From assembly GCA_963514005.1 (NCBI GenBank), contig OY740797.1, positions 12,462,001-12,526,000 of the forward strand: a stretch of 64,000 nucleotides of DNA. The letters are read 5' to 3'. This document shows, piece by piece, positions 1 to 11,691 of this stretch. The position numbers and the translations under genes were made by a program. Each line of letters starts with the position of its first letter. Within the stretch, counting starts at the first letter, position 1. The DNA comes from Raja brachyura (lineage: Eukaryota). The notes beneath the pieces were generated by a model, which made no database searches, was not told the DNA's origin, and saw only the letters and a program-made list of their open reading frames with translations.

Positions 1-275
1 CACACTAAACATACCCTAATTTCATTTCATTCTCTTACTATTCCTCAGATGTTACCACTCATCTACTGCACAAACTGGGAGCAATTTACTGTGGTCAGTT
101 AACCTTCCAGCCTGCACTTGTCTAGAAGGTGGCAGGATACTGGAGCACCTTGAATAAGCCTATACAGCCTTAGGGGGGGACATGCTAAATTCACACGGAC
201 AGGACCAGGAGTCAGGAGAAAACACAGATTGCTGGAGCAATGAGGCAGCTGATTTACTAGCTTTGCCACCATACT
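1..275 (-). mobile_element. Old, degenerate tRNA-derived (HE1/V-SINE-like) SINE
   Basis: Degenerate resemblance to the younger SINE copies at 42125 and 59238 (cacacggacag...gctggagc..tgaggcagc...ctttgccacc end). Confidence 0.5.
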
Positions 276-2639
276 GTTCTAAAAAGTTAAAGTAAGCCTT
301 ACATGATGTTGTCATGTTTGATTTTATTGGTCTCTGCACAGTCGGAAATGAAATGCTCTTGTAAACTCTTGGTTAATCTTAACACTAATGCTTCCACTTC
401 ATTTTGGTGAAGGAGGATCATTTGCAGGTCAGAATTGAAACCGAACCAGGTCACTAGAATTGTGATGCGGCAGCTCTGCCAGCTGTGTCACTGTGTAACT
501 CGAAGGGTGGGGAGGAGAGGTCTTTACGCCACATTGTGTGGCAGTAATTGAGGTCTCATTTGTTTTTCACAGGAGCTTCCACTGTGTGCACTTTAGCATC
601 AGGACATTTATTTATATGGATGAAAATCAGATGCAAATAATTTTCAGTTTGTTTTATAATTCATAACTTGCCCCTAATCTTGAGACAGCTTAGACACCAA
701 AGTCAGTTGTGTTTTCTACAAAGTAATTATATTGAGAATAAATGTTTCTAATTATGTTTAAATAAATGGAGGTAATAAGTGACTTTAATCTTGACTATCC
801 AGATAAAATGAAGCCTTCTTTTAAATACCACTGCATCTACCTTACGGACTTCTGCTGAATCCGCATCCATTCCTCCCTCACCCCACACACTAATTCTCAA
901 ACATTAACCCTCCCCTGAATCATCTACTTGCATTCCAACCTATCCTTGGGCAATGCTTTGAAGTCTGGCTGGTGTGATTTTGATGAGATTTATTTTTGTT
1001 GCTCCAAGTTTGTCTTCCTTCAATGCTAAACTTGAAAATGTTCCTCTTTAGTTCACGACAATGCGATGGAACTAAAATAACATTTATTGAAGTTTTAAAC
1101 AAAGTTTTCCACAAATCTAACATTCAAAAAATCCCTCTGGCAAGTGTGTTTTTCAGAACCAGTAGAATAATGACAGATAACTGGTTTGAAATACTAACCC
1201 TATTTTACTGTCTCCACAAATACTTCAACTATAGACTGCTTTTGGTTGCACGAAGACTTTGGGCTTTTCGCACTAGTAGTGGAGTTATTCGTTTATTAAA
1301 TTTTTGCTTATTATATGTACCAACAGGGCTGTTACACTGCTTCAAGTAAGAATTTATTTTTCCGCGCTCGGTACATATGAGAATTAAACAGTTGACTCTT
1401 GGCTACCTTATATTTCTAGCAAGAGATTGTTTTTGTTTCACATTTCCACAGTCTCAAAAAACTCTTAATAGATGTCTAACATTAGTTTGCATTTTATTCG
1501 ATCTTTATGGCATTTCTCATCAATCAGAGAGCAGTAATGAAAAAACAAAAACAGAAAGTGCTGGAGGCGCTCAGCAGGTCAGGCAGCATCTGTGAAAAGG
1601 AACGCAGTTAATGATTCAGGTTTGAGACCCTTTTGTTACATCTGCTCTGATGAAGATGCAAGTTATAAACTGAATAATAAACGGAATGAGATGAACAAAT
1701 GAGTGGGTGGGTGAATCATCCTTTAGATTAGATAAAGCTACAGTTTTTCAGTTGGAGAGTTGACGTAAGACGTGGGCATGTGATTATCACTCGACATTCA
1801 GACAGAAAAGCCTCTGCTTATTCTTATGCTGTTTGAATGTATGAGGCTCGTTCTTGCAGAAATACAACCTAACGAGAAAGTATTTGCTAATGATTATCTT
1901 TTGTCAGAATGAGAAGGGAAAGATAAACAATACCTTTGGATGTGGTTTAATTGCGATGTGATTGAAAAGATTTTAAACACTTTTCTATTAGATCATACTT
2001 CCTCAAAAACTGCAGTGCCTTATAGAATGTGAGAATGAACCAAAATAAATTCGAGGCCATTTCTCCTCACCCATAAATATTTATGTCTGTCTGGGTTGCT
2101 TGTGCTGTGGACAAATGGAGAGACTTTCACCGGACTTAATTGTTACTGGATTTTTAATCTCCTACATTTAAAACCCCATTGGCTTTGTCAATACTGAATT
2201 ATGTAACAGTAGCCTAATATTCTGTTACAATCAATTCTGGATTTGAGGTACAGAACAGGATTAATGATCACTTGTAAAGGCAGGGACTAACTAATCAGAG
2301 ACCCAACATGGCTTAGTCAAGGGAAGATCCTGCCAATGTCACATACAGAGATGCAGTGAAAATCTTTGTTTTACTCTCCAGGCCAATCGGACCACGCTGA
2401 GAACAATAAAACGATACCCAAGGAGAACAGGTAGCAGAGAAAAACAAGCAGAATGCAGAATATACTGCTATTGCGACAGAGAAAGTGCAGATAAAAAAGT
2501 GCAGGTCCGCAACAAAGCAGCCTGGGAGATCAGGACTCCGCCCTTATCTTTTGAGAGGTCAGTTCAATAGGCCGCTAACAGTAGGATAGCAGTTCCTGTG
2601 TCCGATGTGACATGCTTTCAAGCTTTCAAGATTCCATTT

Positions 2640-3084
2640 TTGAAGACGTAACACAGAATTATGATGAGGGCAGTACAGTTGATGCAGTTTACATGAACTG
2701 CACTAAGGCCCTTGACAAGATCCCACATGGTTCTAAAGGTTAGTGCCCATGGGATCCATGTAGAGCTCCGTCTAATTGGATCCAAAGTTGGCTTAGTGAA
2801 AGGAGACAGAGAGTGATGGTAGAAGGTTGTTTTTAAGACTGGATTCCTCTGTATAGTGGTGTTCCACAGGGATCAGTGCTTGGATCTTTGCTGTTTGCTA
2901 TATATGTGAATGAGGGAGGCGGGATCAGTAAGTTTGCACATGACATGAAGATTGGTTGAGTTGTTGATAGTGTGAAAGGTAGGCTTAGGCTATGGGGTGA
3001 TATTGATGAATGGGTGAAATGGGCTGAGAAATGGCAGATGGGCTTCATTCCTAATAACTCGGAGGTGATGGATTGTAGGAATAA
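2640..3084 (+). mobile_element. CR1-clade LINE ORF2 (RT) fragment, interrupted by a Helitron
   Basis: Decayed CR1 RT signatures: gatgcagtttacatg...aaggcccttgacaag (VD.VY.DF.KAFD-like), agtggtgttccacagggatcagtgcttgga (SGVPQGSVLG), agtaagtttgcacatgac (SKFADD-like), tgggctgagaaatggcagatg (WAEKWQM). Confidence 0.85.
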
Positions 3085-3121
3085 TTAGACCAAGTGGGAC
3101 CCATTGGGGCGGCCTGCAGCA

Positions 3122-3362
3122 TCACACACACACTACCCACCCCCCACACACACACTAACTACCCCCCACACACACACTACCCACCCCCCACACACACACT
3201 ACCCACCCCCCACACACACACTAACTACCCCCCACACACACACTACCCACCCCCCACACACACACTACCCACCCCCCACACACACACTACCCACCCCCCA
3301 CACACACACTACCCACCCCCCACACACACACTAACTACCCCCACACACATTCAGACACACAC
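3122..3362. repeat. ~20-bp minisatellite (CACACACACTACCCACCCCC)n inside the Helitron
   Basis: Tandem units are directly visible; they explain the H/T/P-rich spurious ORFs. Confidence 0.95.
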
Positions 3363-3577
3363 TAACCGCCCCCCTTGATATTAGGGGAGGAGAGAGGGGG
3401 GGGAGAGGGGTGGAGAGAGGAGGGAAAGGGGGGGAGAGAGAGGAGGGGGAGAGAAAGGGGGGAGAGAGAGGAGGGGTAGAGGGGGAATGGGGGAGAGGAG
3501 GGGGAGAGAGGGGGGAAGAGACAAGGGGGAGAGGAGGAGGAGAGCGGGGCGGCAGCTCGCAGGGGATGGCAGCTCAT

Positions 3578-3750
3578 GTGGGGGGGGAAGCAGGTCGCAG
3601 GGGGGCAGCAGGTCGCGGGGGGCAGCAGGTCGCGGGGGGCAGTAGGTCGCGGGGGGCAGTAGGTCGCGTGGGGGGCAGTAGGTCACGGGGGGCAGTAGGT
3701 CGCGTGGGGGGGCAGTAGGTCACAGGGGGGCAGTAGGTCGCGGGGGAGCA
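3578..3750. repeat. ~17-bp G-rich minisatellite (GGGGGGCAGTAGGTCGC)n inside the Helitron
   Basis: About ten tandem units are visible, preceded by a G/A-only tract at 3384-3545. Confidence 0.95.
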
Positions 3751-4134
3751 GCAGCTCACAGGGGGGACGTCGAATTTTGACTCCAGGGGATAAATCTCTA
3801 CCGGAATAAATAAAAATTTTCCCATTAGCGCGTCGTTTCTTCGAGTAGCTGTGATCACACACAAACAAATAAATACACACACACACACACACACATCCAC
3901 ATCCAAGATCAGAGTTTTATAAAGATAAGGATAAGGATAAAGATAAGGATAATATAGCTAGGGGGAGAGGAGGGGGGAGAGAGGGGGGAAGAGAGGAGGG
4001 GGTGAGGAGGAGGAGAGTGGCGGCAGCTCGCAGGGGAGAATTATAGTCTGAGAGAATAATGAGGAATAGATAGACTTTTAGAATCCAAATCCAAATATCC
4101 TTGAAGATCGCAGCGCAGTTTTAGTGCTTGAAGA

Positions 4135-4775
4135 TGGCCTTCATTATTCAGGACATTGAATACAGGATAAGGTAGGTTGTGCTCCAGATTTATAAAACAT
4201 TGGTCAGACATCAGATGGGGCACTGCGTGCAGTTCCAGTCACCACACTATGGGAAAGATCCGGACGGGATTCATCAGCATGGTGTTTCAGCTATGAGGAG
4301 AGAAAGGAGATGCTAGGTTTGTTTTCCCTGGAATGGAGGTAAAGAGGGGAAATGATTGAGGTATATAAAATTGCGAGGTAAGGTAACCTGCAGGAAACGT
4401 TCATCATAACAGAGATACATAACTCTGGCAGGCATAGAATTAGTGTAAGGATTAGGAAATTTGGCAAGAATCTGATGGGGATCTTTATCACCCAGAGGGT
4501 TGTGAGTACCTGGAATGCGCTGCCAGAGAGAGCGCTGGAAGCAATGGTTCTGACAGCATTTATGAAATATCTTGACAAGTAATTAAAATTGGTTAAGCAT
4601 AGAAGGCTATGGGCCAAATATTGGAAGATGGAATTAATATAATTGCACTCATGTAGGGTATAACCTGCCTGGATTTTTCATTCTATCTCAGGACATGTGA
4701 CTAAATAAACCATATCAATACCAATAATATAGATGGGTGCCTACTGGTTGGCATAGACGTGGGTGGCCAAATGGT
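4135..4775 (+). mobile_element. CR1 LINE 3' portion (probable continuation of the 2640-3084 element)
   Basis: tataaaacattggtcagac..., gtgcagttccagtcaccacactatgggaaagat, gaggtatataaaatt, cagagggttgtgagtacctggaatgcgctgccagag are all typical CR1 ORF2 C-terminal/3'UTR blocks. Confidence 0.8.
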
Positions 4776-6404
4776 CTGTCATGATGACTATGATTCAATT
4801 ATCTAAATGAGTAATGGTGAAGCACATTCCCCAAGCAAAGTGAATGAAAACAGAAACTCATTGGAATTTAGACCTCAGTCCTACACTTCTACGTTACGTG
4901 GCAATGTTTACGGGAGTGGGAGTGTGCAGGGAGATAGCAGAGCAGTTTGTTGACTTTTCAGTTCTTAGTCAGTGAGTCAGATAATGGTGAATGTGCACTA
5001 TTTTTTTTAAACCAAGGAAATGAACTTACAGTTATATAGCACCTTTCACAAGACCAGCAGGACCTAAACTAAAATAATATTTATGACATGTACGCATTGT
5101 TTTCCTCTTCTGCATTCCAAGGAATAAGGATGGCTTGCAGCCATTCCAGTTATATGTGTTCTGAGGTTGCAGACTTTGTCATTGATGGGCTGGAAGTGCT
5201 TAACAGACAAGAATCTGTGGAAGATCTTTGTCATGCTCCCATGGCTGAGACTCAAATTGCGCAAAGAGCTGGTCCCACGCCTGCATTTAGTCCATATCCC
5301 TCCCCACCATTCCTATCCACATCCCGGTCCAAACGCCTTTTAAATGTCATAATTGCACCCGTCTCCACTACTTTCTCTGGCAGCTCCCTCTGTGGCAAAG
5401 AGATAGGAGGAATCATTGCCCAGTGACCTCTAGGTTCGAGAGAGAGAGAGAGGGAAATCAGCCAGGGATCCTGCTCCCCATCACATCCCGGTGACCTACG
5501 GATTTAAGACAGAGGTGGTATCAGTCAGGATTCCTAATCACTCTCCATCTCTGTCCTTTGATCCCCTGATTAGAGAAAGTATGAGAATGCCCTTTGAAAC
5601 ATTTCCTCTATCCTGGAACTGTATTGGTGAATACAGCTTGGAGTAGGGCAGGGAGATGTCCAGCAATAAAGTTAGTTGACCTTGAGGAGAACCTATGCGC
5701 TGGGGATTTTAACTTGGGCAAGGATGCTGACACTAGTTTGGCTTTCCTGCCAATGGATTTGGAGGATTGAGTGATGAGAGTGCTGGTGTAATTTCTTCTG
5801 AACTTTCACATATTTGCTGTAGGTTGTCCATGTCGGAAACTTATCACTGTCAGATCACTACTGCTCAAAAGTGTGCGGATGGGTTGGAGGTCTAGTTCTT
5901 TGTTCATCCTTTTTTTCAGTCATCTGAAGGCTCTGCTGGCACTCTCGACATAGTGGTAAATTCACCAAATTATGGTTTTTCAAAATATGGATAGCGATAC
6001 ACGCATTCCAAGGATGAGGACAGGCTAGTACAAAAGGGGCAGCTTTTTGCAAGACACTTATTCACATGTTTACTCTTAAGTCTCATACATTTGTACCCTT
6101 AAGGGGAAGAGTCGATTTACATGGAATAAACATGCAGCTGTTTCTGAACGCACAAATATCTGCGCAATTTATCTCAATGACTGACATTAGGTGATCTTGG
6201 TTCTGGAGTGGAGATGTCATGGACTGAACCGGTCCTTGTTTAATCTGTACATTCACATCATTCCAGTATTCAAGACAAGATACGTATAATTCCCACATAG
6301 CGTATCTGCTCTTACTGTATACACTGTACATCAGTTAATAAAGGAAAGGATGGTTGCATGCATTTTAACCATTTTTTTAATGGAACTGTGACACTTAAGG
6401 ATCT

Positions 6405-7080
6405 GTGAACGTACATTTCAAGGATCCTTTGTTCCTCCACACTACTTTACATCCTTCCGTTTATCATGTAGTCCTCTGCCATATTCAACCTTCCCAAATA
6501 CACTGTCATACTTAAATAATTTTACAAGGATGTTGCCTGGACTACTTTGCGATTATGTGTCCCTTCTCTGGATTAAATTCCATTTGTGACTTTTCTGTCC
6601 AACGACCAAACCATCTTTATTCTGCCTCATGCTGAAGCTTTCTTCCTCACATTTATTCACTCAGGCATTTTTTTGATAGATCTGCCACCATCATCATCCA
6701 TTTAAGTCTAACTTGTTAATATGTATTACAAAAAGGAATGGACCAAATACTGAGCCCTTTTGAAACCTATAAGTGACAGCCTTTCAGTTTCAAAAGCATG
6801 CATCAACTTTCCACTTTGCTTCCCACAATTGGACCAATTCTGAATCCAATTTATCATTCTTCTGTATATTCCATGGGCTTTTACTTTTTAATCTAAAGGA
6901 CACAGAACATTGCAACTTATTCCTTAATTTGCCAACTTTCTTACTCAATGCCCTGACTGATGAAAGCAAGCTTGTTGTATTTATTATTTACCATTCTATC
7001 CACTGAGATGACTTTCAGAACCTATGGACTTGCACCACAAGATTATACTGCACATCAATGCTTATGTGTCCTACCATTTA
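6405..7080 (-). mobile_element. Old CR1/L2-like LINE fragment
   Basis: Degenerate reverse-strand RT blocks (ggaccaaatactgagccc, ccaattctgaatccaa, ggattaaattccatttg). Confidence 0.5.
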
Positions 7081-7590
7081 GAAACATAGAAACATAGAAA
7101 ATAGGTGCAGGAGTAGGCCATTCGGCCCTTTGAGCCAGCACCGCCATTCAATATAATCATGGCTGATCATCCAGAATCAGTACCCCGTTCCTGCTTTCTC
7201 CCCATATCCCTTGATTCCATTAGTCCTAACAGCTATATCCAACTCTCTCTTGAATACATCCAGTGAATTGGCTTACATTGCCTTCTGTGGCAGAGAATTC
7301 CACAAATTCAAAACTCTCTGGATGAAAAAGTTTTTCCTCATCTCAATGGCCTACCACTTATTCTTAAACTGTGACGCCTGGTTCTGGACTCCCCCAACAT
7401 CGGAAACATTTTTCCTGCATCTAGCCTGTCCAATGCCTTAATAATTGTATATGTTCTATAAGATCATCTCTCATTCTTCTAAATTCCAGTGAATATAAGC
7501 CCAGTCGATCCATTCTTTCATCATATGTCAGTCCCGCCATCCTGGGAATTAACCTGGTGAACCTACGCGGCACTCCCTCAATAGCAAGAA
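7081..7590 (-). mobile_element. Young CR1 (HER1-like) LINE 3' end with (AGAAACAT)n tail
   Basis: ORF 7421-7651 reads LAIEGV.RRFTRLIP.MAGLTYDERMDRLGLYSLEFRRMR.DLIE; 3'UTR ataggtgcaggagtaggccattcggccc; near-identical family member at 46321-46828. Confidence 0.92.
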
Positions 7591-7857
7591 TACTGACATA
7601 TGGTAATTTGCCAGAGGACCTATTAAAATGCATGCAGCCCACATTAAACACCTTGCCCTGATCAACTTTCCCCTTACCTCAAAAAACGTAGTTAAGGTTA
7701 CTATGATAACTTGACTTAACAATACCATGCTGGCCATCGCTGATTAATTTGTGTCTTTGTTATATACTGCAACGTAGTGTAATAATTTGTTTCTGAGATG
7801 AATATTTGGTCTTTTTATCATTTATCCCACCAAAGTAAGCCGGAATTATATCATGTG

Positions 7858-7985
7858 CAAGAAGGAACTGCAGATGCTGGTTTAAACCGAAGATAGACAC
7901 AATACCTGGAGTAACGGCGGGACAGGCAGCATCTCTGGAGAGGAGGAATGGGTGATGTTTTGGGTCGAGATCCTTCTTCAGACCC
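7858..7985 (-). mobile_element. Penelope-derived short repeat (pLTR/3' end)
   Basis: aaggaactgcagatgctgg...gacaggcagcatctctggag...gatgttttgggtcgagatccttcttcagac; same family as 12904 and 20448. Confidence 0.75.
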
Positions 7986-8869
7986 TATATCATGTTAGTC
8001 TCTATCTGTTAATATCAGAATCAAATTATGAGATGGTTGAAGTGTTTGTAAAAAAGTCACAGGCTCAAATTATTCAATTACCAAGTTGGAAACCTCAAGT
8101 TATTACTCCCTAATAAGTTTTCAATGCATTTTCAAGGTAACTTGTCATCATTATATGGGTAAGATCTTTTCTTTAAAAAATCCCCCTCATTCTCATTTTA
8201 CCATAGTCAGCACCAGCAAATCCTGTCGCATGAGCGACAAACAGGGGAAACTCATCAGATTTCAGATTGATGTTAATTTTATTCGACGTTTAACTTTGAG
8301 TTTCTTAATTGTAGAATACATTTAATTTCAACACTAGGTGCGGTAAACCACACTAATGAGTAGGATTTGTGCGGTATGCATCTTCTTTTGTTACATTTTG
8401 ACTAACAAACATGGACCATGTGACAAACAATCAATGTCTCAACTATATTAAATTTGCTATTGGTTTAATCCGCAAATAAAGAAGAAACATTGGTTTTCCA
8501 GACTAAGCATAATAACCCATGCAGAAATGATTGCAGAAGCTGAAAAGAAATCCAATATACAAAGCTGTGTAGCAAGGCCCGAGTGAGGTATAGTCCATGA
8601 TTACAACACTGAAGAATATTGCTGAAATTACAGTTTCCCAAGGAAATAATAAAAAAGCTTCTCTTGCGAGACATTTTGAGGGAAAAAAGCCATCTGAAAT
8701 GGAATTATTGTTCTGGAAAAAGCAATATAAAATCTCCAAAGATTGAAGTTGTTTTTACTTCTACACATAATATCTGATAATAGTTGAGTGCCAGCTAAGA
8801 ATAGGGTAGATAACTAAACCAGATGGGCCTCCAGATAAAGTCTAAAATGCCATTGATCCCTTTATGTAA

Positions 8870-9320
8870 AAAATGGAACTCAGATGTTGGTTGACAAAAA
8901 AAGACACAAAGCGATGGAGTAACTCAACGGGTCAACAAACATCTCCAGAGAACATGGATAGGTCCGGACCTTTCAGACTGCTTGTGGTGGGGCAGGAAAG
9001 CTGGAAAGCTGAGGGGGGGGGGGGTGAGAGGCAGATGGTTGGACAAAGGTCAGGGATGAAAGGATAAAATATGCATGATTAGGATAGAAGAGTTGGGAAT
9101 TATAAAGCCAGAGGAAGGAATGTAGGTGGAAGGAAAGGGCAGGGGAGGGGAGAAATGGTTGTGAGTCCAGGTTGGGCATGGGGAAGATAGAGGGAGAAAG
9201 GAGGAAGGGGAGAAAAAGGGGGGGGGGGGGGGAAGAGGCATGGGATTTGGTTAGCTGCCTAAAATTGGAGAATTCAATGTTCATACTGTTGGGTTGTAAG
9301 TTACCCAAGCGGAATATCTA
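8870..9320 (-). mobile_element. Penelope-like element 3' fragment
   Basis: aaattggagaattcaatgttcatactgttgggttgtaagttacccaagcggaatat closely matches 20591-20666 of the GIY-YIG-bearing copy; minus-strand reading LGNLQPNSMNIEFSNFR. Confidence 0.75.
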
Positions 9321-9432
9321 AATGGGGTATCTAAACAATGACTATTGCCTGCTCCCAGTTTGCTGGAGTTCTCCCGTATTCAGCATTGTTGGCCTCCTCT
9401 GCACTGAACATCCCCAAATGTCTTGAAGTCTT

Positions 9433-9613
9433 GATACTTTCAAGAGAGAGCTAGATAGGGCAATTAAAGATAGCGGAGTCAGGGGATATGAGGAGAAGGC
9501 AGGAACGGGGTGCCGATTGTGGATGATCAGTCATGATCACATTGAATGGCAGTGCTGGCCCGAAGGGCCGAATGGCCTACTCCCGTACCTATTGTCTATT
9601 GTCTATTGTCTAT
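9433..9613 (+). mobile_element. CR1 LINE 3' end with (CTATTGT)n tail
   Basis: ttcaagagagagctagatagg...ggatatgaggagaaggcaggaacgggg...cgaagggccgaatggcctactcc, followed by the tandem tail. Confidence 0.9.
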
Positions 9614-10222
9614 TCTTGCTACCAGTGGTATGCTTAACTTGCATGGCAAAATCTGAGCTTTCACAATGTGTAAAATAGCCAAATGTCAGCCATCAAATGC
9701 GATATGATGGGTGGATTTCCAGTTGCACAAATGTTGCTCTGCACTGCTCTATGCTTCTATGGATAGGTTCCATGCTGTAGAGATACCTGTGCAAAGTTTT
9801 TGCTGCATGTTATTGGGCATCTTATCATTGCACGCACAATTTCAGGTGAGCCTGCCAAATTGCTCTTTGTGCACATAAGTTATTTTTCTTAAAAGTAAGT
9901 CCATCTTCATTGGCCTACCCCAAAGTCATAAGCTCAGTCATCTGCAACAGGATCCATGTAAACCTTTTCCTAGGGAAATTGGGATTTCCTCTCTCGGTTT
10001 GCTTGCCTTGTGCTCGGGATTCATCATGTGTAGAACCCATCACTAAACAAAGCAGTATATGAGCTGGTAGCTGGGTGTTTTAAATCAAGCTTGGGAATGT
10101 ATTTTTCCCTGTTCTCAATATATTACTATTTACCTGGCCATAATGCAGTTCTTGCATTTCAGAAATGAGAAAGGCATAAGGTTGATTGGAAGAGAAAGGG
10201 AGAATTAGAGGTACATCCAGCT

Positions 10223-10298
10223 ATAGTTTGCAAATCAGAAGAGATTCTGATTTGCAAACTATGTTCACGGCGAGTCAAGTATATCGCTCGCCGTGAAC
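10223..10298. other. Two abutting perfect inverted repeats (18-bp stem/4-nt loop and 12-bp stem/12-nt loop)
   Basis: ATAGTTTGCAAATCAGAA-gaga-TTCTGATTTGCAAACTAT (10223-10262) is immediately followed by GTTCACGGCGAG-tcaagtatatcg-CTCGCCGTGAAC (10263-10298). Confidence 0.95.
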
Positions 10299-10384
10299 TC
10301 ACAATTACAACCTATATACAGTGCGCTTCATGATGGTGGATTTGTGTTCGAGCACCTCTTTACTGCTGCATTCCCCCGTGTCTT

Positions 10385-10485
10385 TCAGCCTGAAGAAGGG
10401 TCTCAACCCATCACGTCACCCATTCCTTCTCTCCAGAGATGCTGCCTGTCCCGATGAGTTACTCCAACCTTTTATGTTTATCTTC
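10385..10485 (+). mobile_element. Penelope-derived short repeat
   Basis: ctgaagaagggtctcaaccc...cgtcacccattccttctctccagagatgctgcctgtccc. Confidence 0.75.
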
Positions 10486-10514
10486 ACCTGTTGAATTTAG
10501 TTTATTTAATTAAA

Positions 10515-10862
10515 CTGTCCCTGAATCTGGAAGTGTGCGTTTCCACACTTCTATACCTTTTGCCTGATGGGAGAGGGGAAAAGGGGCTGTGGCCAGTGTG
10601 ACTCATTCTTGATTATGCTGCTGGCTTTGCCGAGGCTGCGTGAGGCATAAAAGGAGTCAATGGAAGTGAGGTTGGTTTGTATGATGGTCTGGGCTGCATC
10701 CACAATTCTCTGCAGTTTCTTGTGGTCTTGGATGGAGCTGTTCCCAAACGATGCTGTGATGCATTCCGGTAAAATACTTTCTTCGACACACCTGTAGAAG
10801 CTGGTGAGAGTTGTTGGGGACCTTCTAAGCCTTCTAAGGAAGTAGAGATGTTGGTGTGCAAT
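10515..10862 (-). mobile_element. Rex1/Babar-type LINE fragment (C-terminal DUF1891-like region)
   Basis: ORF 10551-10931 reads QHLYFLRRLRR..TTLTSFYRCVEESIL..CIT..FGNSS.QD.KKLQRIV.AAQ.II, the characteristic post-RT region of this clade. Confidence 0.85.
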
Positions 10863-11379
10863 TGTATCCTCAACTGTGTCTTTTGTCAAATCATCGTCAC
10901 CTCGATAACAATCCCCACCTTCTGCAGGCACACTAAACCTTCCCTTTTGGAAATGCTTCTAGGATTTTAAGTAATGCAATGGGACCCTCACCAATGGCGA
11001 AAACGCTATCTGGGGCACCAATAATGTTGACTGATTAAAGTAATTATTATATCAAATAAGCTCCAAGATTTGGCGACCTAACCGAATCACTGGGAGAGAG
11101 GGCGGGTGTATTAAGTTTAACTCACTGAGTGTTGGTCACATTGCTATCTGTAAAAGTGTTGTTTTATACAAACATGGCAGTTACTTTTGCTTTAATGAAT
11201 CTCTGGGTAGCATGTTAATCATTCTACATGTCGCAGTTTGAAATGATTCAGGCATGACGAAATGACATATGAATGCAAATTTGCTGCTGCTAGGTATTTG
11301 AAGGGCTTAACAGAACGATGTGAACATGGGAAGCGTGTTCTTTCGCCCTGCCTTACACATCCCTGGGAATGATTCATTC

Positions 11380-11691
11380 CGAACGATACTTTTACAATCG
11401 CGTTCCACTGTTGCCATCGTTACTCGACGGCAACATTCTTGATGACATCACAATGACACCTGTCCCGGCCCCGCCCCCGCTGCCACCAGCAGCCATTCAT
11501 TAATTTCAGGAGGCGGGAGGCGTCAGCGTGCAGTGACGCAGCGGCAGTAGCAGTATCGAGCGGTGGGTTGTTGCAGGAGTCAGTCAGTGCGATACTGTAA
11601 CAGTGCAGCTACCTACCTGCCTTGTGCCTGCCTGCCTGCAGTGGAGTTTCCACGGTGCATGGTTCACGTATACAGCGGGGGAGAGAAGACC
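11380..11691 (+). promoter_or_regulatory. CpG-rich promoter/5'UTR of the Par6 gene
   Basis: Local CpG enrichment in a CpG-depleted genome. GC boxes ggccccgcccccgc (~11467-11480), CRE/ATF-like tgacatca, ggcgtca and tgacgca, and an RFX-like gttgccatcgttac (11410-11423). TSS not determinable. Confidence 0.7.

Larger units (their letters stand above)
3085..3949 (-). mobile_element. Non-autonomous Helitron-like element
   Basis: On the minus strand it starts A|TC(CTTATC..)TTTATAAAACTCTGATCTTG followed by a (GT)n microsatellite. It ends with a GC-rich imperfect palindrome (CCCCAATGGGTCCC) then ACTTGGT-CTAA|T (CTRR). It sits between A and T with no TSD, and shares 16 bp of terminal sequence (caagatcagagtttta) with the 14290-15061 element. 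Confidence 0.7.

Noticed and set aside
3578-3750. Regularly spaced short repeats resembling a CRISPR array
   Set aside because: The units are tandem with no unique spacers, there are no cas genes, and the context is eukaryotic.
3094-3906. Cluster of overlapping ORFs (HTHYPPP, PRDLLPP and GGSRSRG repeats)
   Set aside because: These are translations of minisatellites inside the Helitron; they are open in several frames on both strands.
1-11380. Divergently transcribed neighbour (ACD in mammals) sharing the promoter
   Set aside because: No recognisable minus-strand exons were found upstream.
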